A stretch of DNA of 62,390 bases, counting the filler, from Sphacelaria rigidula (lineage: Eukaryota), in the NCBI GenBank assembly GCA_964200075.2. It is 4 parts of 4 records of this genome, joined end to end, with 100 filler letters (N's around TTAATTAATTAA, not from the genome) between each part and the next. Parts side by side here need not be neighbours in the genome. Positions count along the whole stretch, not along the records: positions 46,872 to 62,390 come from CAXNAA020001715.1; 3 more parts are not named here. One strand, written 5' to 3'. Shown here piece after piece: positions 50,501 through 62,316 of this stretch. How positions within the stretch are numbered: position 1 is the first letter of the stretch; each line of letters opens with the position of its first letter. Made by a program: the position numbers and the translations under genes. The notes under the pieces are model-generated. The model ran no database searches and was not told where the DNA came from. It saw nothing but the letters and a program-made list of their open reading frames with translations.

Positions 50501-53500
50501 GTTCACGTTTCGCATTTCCCCCTCTAGCACGTATTTTTCCTTCTTGAATAGTTCACATTCTGTCACTATATGACTTCTGCTCTCTATTGCTTTGCCTCAG
50601 GGGAAATTCTATGCATCGACTTCCTCCTCCTCTCGACTACTGGTGAATGTCTCTTCTCTTTCTGGCAGGTCCAGGTCCCCAACCCGAAATCGCAAATTCA
50701 ACTTTTTCGTCGCGTCGATTGGGCCATGCAGATATATATGGTTATCGTGGCTTGGGCCATGTAGATATTTTTGTCTTGTACCCCGCGAGTCACCTATGGA
50801 CAGTATTTCGTCTTCCTCCTTCCATACTTTCTGGACTTCTCTATTCCACCTTATTCCAGCATGCCCTTTCGTCATTTTTTCCCATACAGCCTTATCAACT
50901 ATAGCTGGCAATCTCTTTCTTTGCATGTTCTTCAACCTACATTGCCATCGCAATTTTCTCATGTCTCTGTTCGTTTCATGTGAGTACATTTCCAACTCTG
51001 CTTTCAATGCTGTATTACTCGTCGATCTCGCGAATCCAACTATTTTCTTAGGATATTGTGCACGGGGCGGAATTACAGAACCCCAGGAACTTCAAGAACC
51101 TGCTCTCGAGTGAGGGCATCTTGATATTTTGACCGCGAGCCCATATTTCGGAATAACATCACCGACTAACAGTCATGCAGAGTTTCCCTCGGGGGGTACT
51201 GATATGTTGCTTGCCTTAATCGTTTGACCATTGACCGCGCATCCCTTTCGAGACGGAGCACGGGGGGGGGGAGGGAAGAGAGTGGAGTGGGTGGATGCCG
51301 ATCTGAGAACCACACGACCAAAGATACTCACAAAAATATAATTTGGTTGGTTGTAGCGTGGATACAGACAAATATCAAATATCTGGCACAATACAAGGAC
51401 GTTTTAATGTCTTCCTGCGGCCTGTTTGGCGGCCTTGTGCCAAGAGATTCAGCACATCATTTTTCCTTTCCCGCTGACCCTAGGACTCAGACCCGTGGCA
51501 AAAAAATCATCACTGGTAGGAACCAGCAGCTACTCACTCACTGTCCCACGTGCATCGATGCATATACATAGATGCAGATGTATTCAATGCTGAGCATGCC
51601 GCGTTTGAGTCGTTTTTTGCAACTTCTTCCTTCAGAATTGGCGACTGAGAGCTCCCACCTGAGGGGTGCGGCCTTCATACAGCTGAATCGCAACCTGCTT
51701 CCGCATTCTTATTTTTGTACAACCCCTTCTTCATTTATATGATATGTTTTTCCAGGACCGATGCAAGTTCTTGGCCTGGACGTCTACTCCAATCCACTCT
51801 GCTGTCTCCTACTCTTTTCTTTTCCCTTCATCTCGCCGCGTTTTCCACGTATCTCCGTTGGATGCATCTATCTTGTGACATCAGCCGAATTCGCAGCGGA
51901 TAAATGAATTTACGACAGGTGATCAATCACATCCATGGACGCAGTGCAAAGCCTTGCTCATGTTGTTGCTGTCGTTGTTTTGTCTTCACATTAAAAACCG
52001 TTCCGATATCTTCGCGGTACATTCGTACTGGGCATCTGATGCGGACGGCCTCCGTGGTCAGGCTAGCAAAAAAAAAAAAAAAAGACCCAGATTAAAATTC
52101 ACAAAACGCGATACAAGCAAAACAGGAATAAATAATGAAGAAAAATGACAGGGAAAAATAGAGGCTTACCATTTTTCAAAAAAATACATGGTTCCGGGTC
52201 GGATCTATTCTGCGTAGCCGGTGGTACACATCCGCCGGATACTAGCAAGTTCATCAGAGACCACCGACGGAGACGCGTTGTTGTACCTTGCAAGTTTTTG
52301 CGTCACTAACACGCAAGGTTTCGCAGGGCTTCAACCTTCTACAGGGAGGCGAGGCATCAAAGCCTTCAACCATAAACAAACGGCTCACTCACCCTTTTCA
52401 GAGGAACACTCCGAGCGTTGAGGGGAATAGTTTTGCAGACCTTCAGGTACTTGGATAACGAGGCGTTGCCCAAGGACATGGCCAGCTCCGCAGGGGTGTA
52501 GCCCGCTTGGTTCACGGCCTCCAGGTTAGCCCCGGCCTGATTTTTCGGGGGGGGGGGGGGGGGGGGGGTTCGATCGAAGCGGAGAAATTTGCATGATAGA
52601 AAGATAACACAACAGTGTAGTATTGACACAAGATAATTGTGCTTTATCAACGTTTCCTTCTCGTCGTGATGTGTACGCTGTATTATTCACCCTTCTCCTC
52701 AACAAATACAGATAGTATCATGTTGTTCTCACGTTTCTGGTGCAATCTGCAAACACGAGAGACAGCAACCTTCTAGACCAAAGGATCCCTACTGGATTTA
52801 CCATCTGTGCTGTGAGTTGTTCTTGGTGTGTGTGTAGGGTGGGCAACGTCGAAGGCGAGGTTAGAAACGAAAAAGGCCATAGCTGTACTTGTATCTCCGT
52901 TATCCTCCATCCCAGAAACAGCTGAGAAATACACAAAATACACGTGATAGCCAATCAATGAACAAAGCCAGAAGCACGTAATTTACCAAAAAATGTAACT
53001 ATCCACTTTACTGTACTTTGATATAATTCAACCACTTTCCCCTCGAATGCTTCATCACTACACAGCACCCTGATGATTACACGATAAAATAAAACAAAAC
53101 AAATTAAATAATGATAATGAAATAAATTTTTAAAAAGCTGAATCTGCTTCAGATGATTTCACGGGATATGACAGAAATGCCCTCATGCGTCAGAGCACAA
53201 AATACTTACAACTATGTACTCTAGCTGTGTCACCTTCAGCAGTGGACTCAAGTTGTAGGGTGATATCACCCCTCCCACGATGGCCCAATGCAGTGGCGTG
53301 TTGCCCTCCTCGGCGTCTTTCAAGTCTACCCCTGGTGAACAACCGTAATTCAAAAGTACTCGAATCATGTCCGTGTCAGAGATGCACAGCTTTGCCGCGT
53401 ACATGAGTGCCGTGAAGCCCTGCCAGCACAGTCACGAGAGGTTAAGAAACCGTTTTTGGTTTGTCGCGGATACTGTGCATCGACGCATGAAATGCCGAAC

Positions 53501-56500
53501 GACGGCAGAGATCATTAGGCAGAGAAGTAGGATGAGCCAGAGATCATAAGACGGATAAGTAAAATGAGCGCAAGGGGAGAGAGAAATATGGGGAGAAAAA
53601 ATAAATGACACGAGTACAAGAACAAGAAGTAGGCAGGCGGAGAGTCAGCCGAGATATCGAGCGGTGGACAGATAGAAGTTAGGGTGCAAGAGGAAGGAGA
53701 GACGTGGCAAGTGTTCTGTGTAAAACCCGGTGAAAAAGCACGATTCAGCTGCTAACCCTGTGTATCAGATGAACAGTGACCATTGGGTCCAACAACAGTA
53801 CGGTTGTATAGGTGGCTTTAGACTGTACTTGCTCACAGGATCTGGAACGGACTCTGTCCGGATGCTTTTGCCCGGGAACTGTTCGCGAATCTTCACTGCA
53901 CGAGCGTTTTGGTACACGTGATTTGATTAATTGGTTGACCGATTGATTGTCGCACTTTAACTTATCCCCTGGGGATCTAGCCGTGGTCATAATCTACATG
54001 ATGAACGTACCCGAGATAAACAAACTGTGGACACTCGCTGAAGTAAAGGCAAGAAAAACGTAAGGAGAAGGTATGGTGGCACACTCCATGTATACATATG
54101 TCGAGGGACTTAAAATCAGCCGCTTTTCATGGGGTCAAAAGGGTCAACAAAGCGGGTGGCAAAAAATCACACAATTCTCTCCCTCCTTCTACGTGGTTGA
54201 AATACCTTCGAATCAACGACATCGACTGGCACTCCAGTGGATAAGATCACCAGCACAGAGTTCACGTGTCCTCGCTGAGCAGCGAGGTGCAACGCCGTCT
54301 GTCCGTACGTGTTTCGGTGGTGACACTGCGCTCCGGCCTGCCACGTCACAGAGGGCGAGGTTTAGAAAATGACAAGAAGGAAAAAACAAGAGATGATGAC
54401 GGCGGTAACGACGGGGGGAGTACTTGTCTGAAAATCAAGGGTCTCCTCACTCACCAACATCCAGGGGGGTGATCCATGACATCATTTTTTGTTATCGGGA
54501 GTTGTGCAATTGGGGGAAACGTTGTTACCACTGGATGGTGGACGTTTAAGTCTGAAAAGTCATTCTTCAGGCAAATGTAATTTCAATCCCAACAGATGGG
54601 CAAACCTGGGTGGTCGAAGGTTTAAGTACGGCTTTGAACAGCTTACTGTACACAAAAGTAACCCAGAGAATGTCACACAGTCGCACGACTTTGAAGCCCA
54701 CGGGGAGTGCAAAATTCGCATGCTAGCCGACAGAAAATACGAAAATTTGAGAGCAGAGGGACGTATCTTGTCATGATTGTGCATTCTTGGAAACAACTCA
54801 GGTCTGCTCCGGCATGTGAGTTACTTGAATGGTTCGATCAACATCCATGAAGGACAGACAAGGGGTAGGTATACACATAGTGTTCCAAAAAGGGAGACAC
54901 AAACGACGTGATATCTTCACTCTTTCGTGTCCAGAATAGGTCTGCTGTTCAGGCCCGAGGTTGAAAAGTGGAACGGTAAGGAAACGCATACAGGTAGCAG
55001 ATTTCAGGAAGTGAGTGAATGACTCCATGAAAAGAGAGGAGCAGGGCGTGCTGACGGCCTGAACGTGGAATCTTCGTACTGTACTCAAGCATAAGTCAAA
55101 CGCATCGGAATTACAGCAGTACAATCCGACAAAGAGCAGAGTATCCATTGAAGCGCATTTGCGTGTTCAAGCGTATTGTGTTGTACCATATAGTCATGTT
55201 CCACGCACGAGCGGTGCTGCAGTGACGATAATCCCTCTGCAGCTCGATGTTCACCTCCAAGTTCATGCAAAAACGCTCCCTAAATGAACGTTATCCGCGC
55301 AATATATGATGGAGCCCCTCCGCCCCCTTCGAAATCTGATTTCTCTGTGAAGAATGCTTCCGCACCCAGATTGTACCCAAATCCTCAATCCGTCGGGAGA
55401 ACGGGGCAGCTCTTACCCGTATAAGCGCGTTGATGACGACCACGTATCCTTGCCTTGCGGCCCACATCAGTGCAGTCTCTTGCAGAACCCCGCCAGTAGC
55501 TTGGGCGTCGGCCCCCTGTCAACAGAGCAGGCATTTTAGCAGCAGACAAGATAACAGAATGGGCGACAGTGGATCAAGACGACGACAAAGTAGACTCTCA
55601 GTCGACACCACACTTTGGGCGATCAATCGCTGGGGGGCTATTGGTGGAGTCATTCTCACGAAGAAAAAAAATGTAAAGGTAGCTAGCTCGTGGTGTGGAT
55701 TCATTTCAGTTGAATGTCCACCATCGCCAAACATGATGGGGGGATACCATGAAGCTCTTGCAGCTCATTCCCGTAGTATGAAACCTACGGCGCTTTATTA
55801 TACTCGCAGCTTTCTGCGCAGCCCTACGGAGCGCATACCACCTTTTCTGTCCTCAGTGGGTGTGTCGCTGGATGGTGCTCATATAACCGCCGACTCGACC
55901 AGTCGACACCTCCCCATGTGTGCCAAACACGCCTCCTTGCATGTCTCTGTTTGGGCAAATGACGGTCCCGGCTGTGTTCCGGGGGGTATTGGCGTCGCCG
56001 AGCGTGCCTAGGTGCACATCTTGAAGGATACAGCTACAGGCTGGTTCACGCTCATCAACCAAGAAACACTCGCAATACTTTACGTCGTATATAGGATTTA
56101 GAAACTGAAATTTCGCGCACTTTCGTCATGGGTCATTACGCAACCCTCAAAAGTAGAGGTTTACTTACTCTTGACTTTTTTCACTGTATTTGGGGGGTCC
56201 CAGGGTTTCGGGTGATCAGCGTGAACCAGCCTGTACCGATGTTGCCACGAGTAACACGATCTCCTTGCATGATTTACCAACAAAGACTGTAAGATGACAT
56301 TAGTAAACGCTTTTCTTGTACGGTAGAGCAGCTAAGGCGTGCTTACCTGATTTTGGATCGTTGCGCCTTCCGTTAGGTTTGTCCATGACAGGCAGACTAC
56401 GCCTGTTCGACTACGTATGTGCAACAGACAACATGTCGGGACAGCTGGGGCCTGGGCTGGGCTGCAAGGACTATACAAATTGGGTTTGCGAGTATGGCGT

Positions 56501-56611
56501 TTGTTTCACCTGTTTCAGGAGGTAGTTTATGATCCCCTGCCTGTCGTTGATGGCTGCCCAGTGTAGCAATGGCACGTCCTCGCTGTCCCGGGTGTTGGCG
56601 TTGACCAGCAC
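47540..56611 (-). CDS. AKR1: Ankyrin-repeat DHHC protein S-acyltransferase (AKR1/ZDHHC17/TIP1-like), partial
   Basis: Ankyrin exons: 56611-56510 (LLHWAAIND), 55515-55417 (TALMWAARQG), 54337-54206 (GQTALHLAAQRGH), 53419-53234 (GFTALMYAA, GNTPLHWA) and 52536-52441 (GYTPAELA). TM exon 48638-48354. Exon 47662-47540 gives YKS|ACTEPGY...LCTTCIAEK, the start of the DHHC cysteine-rich domain. The DHHC tetrapeptide exon and the first exon were not found. The symbol is family-level. Confidence 0.87.
50246..51060 (-). mobile_element. 5'-truncated degenerate LINE (family G), ORF2 C-terminus and 3' end, in a DHHC gene intron
   Basis: ORF 50609-51007 and its upstream frame (STSNTALKAELEMYS...RKLRWQCRLKNMQRKRLPAIV) resemble the post-RT region of non-LTR ORF2. 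The 3' end abuts G21 at 50225-50245. Confidence 0.75.
51191..51271 (-). mobile_element. About 65-bp 3'-terminal fragment of LINE family G between G6 and G10 runs
   Basis: gggggg-tactgatatgttgcttgccttaatcgtttgaccattgaccgcgcatccctttcgagacggagcac-gggggggggg. Confidence 0.75.
53921..54000 (-). mobile_element. Retroposon 3'-end fragment with a decayed (CAAT)n tail
   Basis: The reverse complement ccacggctagatccccaggggataagttaaagtgcgacaatcaatc matches 39495-39540. Confidence 0.65.
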
Positions 56612-58249
56612 CTGCAAAAGCAAGCCAATGGCGCCCGCAGCTAAAAATTGAGGCAATCGTCACGACCAGGCTATACATGTACCTGCACGCTTGATATGAC
56701 CTCTGGCGAGGAAACTAAAGGATGCGATTGCCGTAGTACTTCTTCTCACACCCTCCAGGCCTGCTTACAAGTTCAAGACTCCGCCAGTCTTGACACCGTC
56801 GCTTTCCACCCCTGTCCAGCTGTAGTCGTCATACTTCTTGCAGACATTTGGGAGAGAACTGACCCCACTTCCTCAGCCTGATCATCGTCATCGGTCTTGC
56901 CTCGCAGCAAGATTATTTTACTCCAAAATCAAACCCTTCAGGTGAGGAACATTATGCTCGTTCACCCACAGTCGTGGAAAACGTGAAAGGATATGCGTTC
57001 GCCTTCCTGGGACATCTTCTCTACGAATCCCTCTGCCGAAGTAGTTACATGTGGGGCGGGTGGAAGCCTTTTCTGGCAAAATATCCGGGGAATCAACGCA
57101 ACCGGCTGCGGCGGTCACGTAGCGACCATTAGTACAGAGTGCAACGCACTCTTTTCACTCGTGAAGGTTGACTTTGCTGATCGATCACAAGTCCTATGTG
57201 CGAGAGAGAGGGGGAGGAAACATTCACCTTGCAATTCACGCGCATGCAGGGGTTCTCTGAAACAGGGTACACCCTTTTTCACTCAGACTCTGACTGTGAA
57301 ACATTGGATCTTTACTACTTTCGAAGCACTCGCACGTTGACATTGGGCCACAAACGGTCGCATTGGTACGTATAAGACGCAACTGGGGAAATGACTAGCC
57401 CCGCAGTCAACAGGATAACGAGGAAGTACCTGCGGCGCTATTCGAACAGTAGGATGGTCGTCGCCAACTCCTTGGCATGTTGATCACGACTACCCTGTGT
57501 GTTTAATCTTTTCAAGGCCGAGGTGCATATTGTCAGCTGTGACAGTGGGCACAACTGTCAATTACGGTGTCAAGAGGGAACCCGCTACTAAAATCTTTTG
57601 GGAACCCGGACACTTCTATACTGACGAATTCTGGGCGACTTGTTTCATGCTTGAGTCATACTGGTATGGTTGACGTTTCCCTGCTTCTATACATGAATTT
57701 TCGACAAAAGTGGAGAATCTCAGACCGGCGCACGCGCGGAAAAGCCGAGAAAAACGTTCAAAGATGATAATTTCGGTACCTCACGGTGTATGAACACCAG
57801 TATGCGAGTACGAACAGGTATACAACACTTCAAAAGAGAACAGTACACACATCATCATTAACACCCAGCGATAGCATCGCACACCGTTGTTTGACCATAG
57901 CAATGACCACAATCTGCGAGCGCGCCGTACTAAATACGGTGTACCTAAATGTGTACGGTGAGCTGCCCCAAATGAAACATCACATGGGAAACATATAATT
58001 CCTTTGTTCAATGGTTGTTTCGCCAATGCAATCACCACGTGCGGGTGCCATCGATGAATCCATCTCGGCACTGACGATGTACAATAACAGACTGCGCATG
58101 CACAATATTAGCATGCACCACGGGACAGATATGGCGCAGAAATCGCCGTCAATATAGGCTACTTCACGGAAAAGACCCAAAAAACGAGGCCTGTTCACCG
58201 GCGTTGGGCTACGAATGCGCATGGTGACACAATTTTACAAATTTCACTA

Positions 58250-59459
58250 CAAGCTGGGCCAGCCTAGACACGGATTTAAGCTCTCGAAGCAATATCTCGT
58301 CGACACGGACGAGTTGGGCCATGATCCGCATATTGTATTAGTCGTCCAACCAAGGGGAAGGTGCCCATCTGCTCAAAAATTGGGGCCCATATTTTCTCGT
58401 TGATTTAACCCCATCCATAGTACTTCCTATACCTAAGGGAGATAGCGTGCATACTAACATCTCTATGAAACCCCCGATCGATGCATCTAACGGATGACGA
58501 CGAATGTTGGTGTGGACATTCCCTGGAGCACGGGGAGACAATAGATACCCTCATCTTCATCTAATTCGTGATCTATCTCGAGATATGGCGCACCTAAGTT
58601 TCCATACTAAAATCAGTATATTACGAGCAGATGCGCTAGATTAGCTAAACCTGGACATCGCGTCTCAGATTTTGAGAGTTATGCTATGAGATATCGTATG
58701 GAGAACCGCTAGTGCACAATAAAGCTTTGAGACACAGCTTCTTTTTTTTTTTCGTTTTTTTCTCAATTTTTTTCGGGTTTTTGGGACAGTTTTGAGGATA
58801 AATGAACACTGCTTTTGGGCCTCATCTCAATTTTTTTAGCTCAATTTTCAGAATTGTAATTTGAAACTCAGGATAAAGAACCACAGAGGTATGCTGAATA
58901 AAAACGAAAATGGGCCTTTAGTTTTTTTGTTTTTTGGGAGAGGTTCGGGCGTTCTCGTAAAACAGTGGCGGTTTCCATGCTAAAAGCCCTTACCAGTGAA
59001 AAATAAGAAAAAATCAACCTGACCCACCTTGTTCCGTCAATTATGCCGTAGCCACGGTCCACACAAATTTTCAATACACAAACACCAAACATGGGCCGGT
59101 GAGTGGCCTGCAAAATACTGTTCCGAATTTCTCCTGACCCCGTCACTAAACGGCGCATTATACGGCCAATATTTGGAGTTGGACCCTGAAATTTGGTATA
59201 GACAAGGAATAGGGCATAATAAAAAAATTACCAATACACACATTTTTTTCCTTCTTCAAACAGTCGGGGGCAATCATCAGTTTTCAGATATCGGTAAAGT
59301 GTCTCTGACTCATGAAAAAACAAACAAACCTCATGTGCACTGGTAATTTTTTGTCATGTCCTATTCATTGTCCATACCAAATGTCAGGGTCCAACTCTAA
59401 ATATTGGCCGTGTAATGGGCCTACAAACTACAGAACCGCTTCTCGACTGGCCCAGCTCG
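58250..59459. mobile_element. MITE family B2 copy 2 (1.21 kb), inverted relative to 17343-18555
   Basis: TA|caagctgggccagcc ... gactggcccagctcg|TA. Colinear reverse-complement homology along its length. Confidence 0.82.
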
Positions 59460-59461
59460 TA

Positions 59462-59735
59462 CCCCTAACCCTAGACCCAACCCAACGCACACTGAGAACC
59501 CTCGGGCAAGCGCGGTACATGCAGTCCCTAGGCAAAGTGCGGCCGTGGTAGACCCTATATTGGCGCCTGTGGTGCCGATTTCAACAAAAACGCGTTCTGC
59601 GCAAGCGAAAAGCACGCGGGACTGTCACCCCCCACCAAAATTCCGATTCTCATTGTTTACACTCAAAACAAGTAATATCAACCATGGTGATTTGTAGCCC
59701 AACGACGGTAAACTCTACTACAGGAGACACTAATC
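59462..59735 (+). repeat. Telomere-like-headed repeat family T copy
   Basis: cccctaaccctagacccaacccaacg...ggtagaccctatattggcgcctgtggtgccgatttcaacaaaaacgcgttctg is colinear with about 20990-21250. Confidence 0.65.
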
Positions 59736-59739
59736 GGTC

Positions 59740-60020
59740 AAACTTCACGCCCTTTGAAGGAGTTAGACCCTCGAATTTTGCACAAAGGTGCTATGGATCA
59801 TTACGCAACTCGCGAAGGTCGAGTTTTTTTCCTTCTTGAATTTTCACCGTTTTTCGGGGGTCCCAATTTTTCAGGGAAACTTTGATCCAGTCGGACCCCC
59901 GTAAAACGGTAAAAAAGTAGAAAAAAAAAAACTCGTTCATCCAAAGGTGCGCAGTTACCCGTACCACATTTATGGGCAAAATTTCAGGGCTTGACTCCTC
60001 AAAACGGCGTGAAGTGTTCC
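59740..60020. repeat. Imperfect foldback palindrome of about 280 bp
   Basis: Outer pair cttcacgccctttgaaggagttagaccctcgaattttgc / gcaaaatttcagggcttgactcctcaaaacggcgtgaag. Inner pair accgtttttcgggggtcc / ggacccccgtaaaacggt. Confidence 0.7.
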
Positions 60021-61683
60021 GTGATTAACCTTGCCGAGCCGCGGGGAAACCGCAAACTACTAGAATGAAAATGGCGTTGTTGGGCCTTCTTTGACATGAA
60101 CATGAAAATATAAGCATGAGTTAATCGACTTTGGCCACGAAACTTTGTGGGCCTCCTCCTTGGGTTTTGCGGCGACAGAGCATTTGCGAAAGAATGAAAA
60201 ACACATCGTAGTGCCGGTTTCAAACACTTCGTGGTACAATCATCCCCTTTGCGCGGAATCGAGGTTCTCCTACCCCGCACAATACGATCTAGCTGGGCCA
60301 CCATCATGGTTACCGCGAAAGAACGTAAGTGCGCAAAAACATGGTCCCGGGGTCTTTACGCTGTGACCCACGGAAGCCGGTAGAGAACGGAAAAACTCTG
60401 AGATCTTGCCAGGAATACAATTTCTATTTGCAGCATCAATACCTGCGAAACTGCCAAGTTTGAGGATGATTTGAGCTTTTCTGCAACAAATATAAGGAAA
60501 ATCGTCACGAGGCTACCTGGGTCTTTCGTACGTATCATGAGCGGAAATTAGACGACGCCAAAACTCCACATCACCGAAACGTTACGATTTCGGGCATAAT
60601 TCGACCCCGTTGGAACCGTTTTTAAATATGTTTCTCCCATTGGATTCCCGAGCTGATGGCGGTTGCTACGATTTGAAGCATGTGGACATTCGGTGGAAAT
60701 TGAGCTTGGAATTCGCGTTTTCATTTTCAGAACAGTTTGAAAGGCATTGATTGGTCGAGACATATTTCCGTTCATGGCGCTACCGCTACAGCCCTCAACA
60801 AAAGTTCGGCTATGTCACCCTCTCTGTCTGATTATTGCGGTCAGTATGATGCCATGTCTGCGACTATTGGGAGCGTATTGCGGAAGGCGTTTGCTGATGA
60901 CAAAATCTTGGGTCTTTTGCATGAAGCAGCCTGTACAAGAGACCACTTCCACGACCGGAGGTTGATGCGCGAACAACGAGACTGTTTCAGGTGAGACTAA
61001 TCACCTGTCGACTTGACTGGTTGTGCTGCGCATGTAATTTCTCGTATCACCTACATCTGAAACGAGGTCGCAAGGTGATTTACCATGCATGGTGGAGGAC
61101 ACTGAGACGGGCTGTGATTCCGGAAAGTGGGGTGTTTACTTTTGAAGGAAATCGCTTCAGAACACCACGTACAGTGGTGCACAGTGCACAGTACACAACA
61201 GTGCGTAGTGCAGCGGGGGGTTTTGCGATTTTGCAAATGATGTCGTACAACATGACCGCGCCAAGGGTCATCGGACAGACGTGAAGCACTGCACAAAAAA
61301 CCTTACACCATCAACAATGGCGATTTCTGCTACATTGTGCAGAATCCAAAGTGAAGTGGGCATCTAATCGGTCACTCGTCATCCTGAGGACTCCATCATT
61401 GAACGAAACTGTCCGGTGCCTGGTATATAAACGTCCGCTTTATAGATCTCCGAAAACAAGGGGTTCTGTAAGGAATGAGGCATCTGACGTGGGGCATAGC
61501 TGTACTTCGCAGATACAGAAGGGGTTTAAGTGCGCTACATAGCAAGAGGTTGATGTCCTACATCGACACACTTGAAGCATCTGCTCAGTTTCGAGTACAA
61601 AACTATCTCCTTGTCAAATGATCATCTACTGAAATTGTGCCCCCCAACAGGGGCGAAGGAGGAGGAGACGGACGCAGCGACTA

Positions 61684-62314
61684 CGAGCTGGCCAGCCTAA
61701 AAACCGATTTATGCTCTCAAAGCAAAATCTCATCGGCACAGACGAGTTGGGCCGTGATACGCATATCGTATGAATCGCCCAATCAAGGGGAAGGTGCCCA
61801 TCTGCTCAAAAACCTGGGCCAATATTTTCTCGTTGATCAAACCCCATGTCTAGTCATTCCTATACCGTACGGAGAAATTGATTGTTTGTTTGATTGATTG
61901 ATTATCTCACATAAGCTGATTGCAACAATCCAGCCCGTGGTCAGGAGATGCAAAAATAGAACATAATAATAATAATAAAAAAGGAACAGAAAACGAAAGA
62001 AGCAACGGCCTCAGAAAGGAAAGAAAGGGGGCACCGATAACAACAAAACACAACACCACCGCCACCACCACCGCCAACAACAACAACTAACAGTAACAAC
62101 AAAATAACGACAAACACAAACAACAAAAAAAGATGATGATCGCGCATTACGTAGCTGATTGCAACACTCCAGCTCGTTAGCGTCTACACTAAAATTTATA
62201 TGAAGCCCCGAACGATATATTCAGCACGCGACGACGATTTTTGGTGTGGGCCTTCCCTGGAGCACGGGAAAACGATAGATAACCTCAACTTCACCTAATT
62301 CGTAATTCATCTCG
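61684..62314. mobile_element. MITE family B2 partial copy 3, interrupted by (CAAT)n retroposon ends (61877-62180) and a SINE
   Basis: TA|cgagctggccagccta... is colinear with 58250-58440. Homology resumes at about 62181 and stops at the SINE head. Confidence 0.75.
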
Positions 62315-62316
62315 GC

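Noticed and set aside
38738..56611. Convergent glucan synthase and palmitoyltransferase as a functional cluster (DHHC enzymes can acylate polysaccharide synthases)
   Set aside because: They lie on different contigs separated by an artificial linker, so the adjacency is arbitrary.
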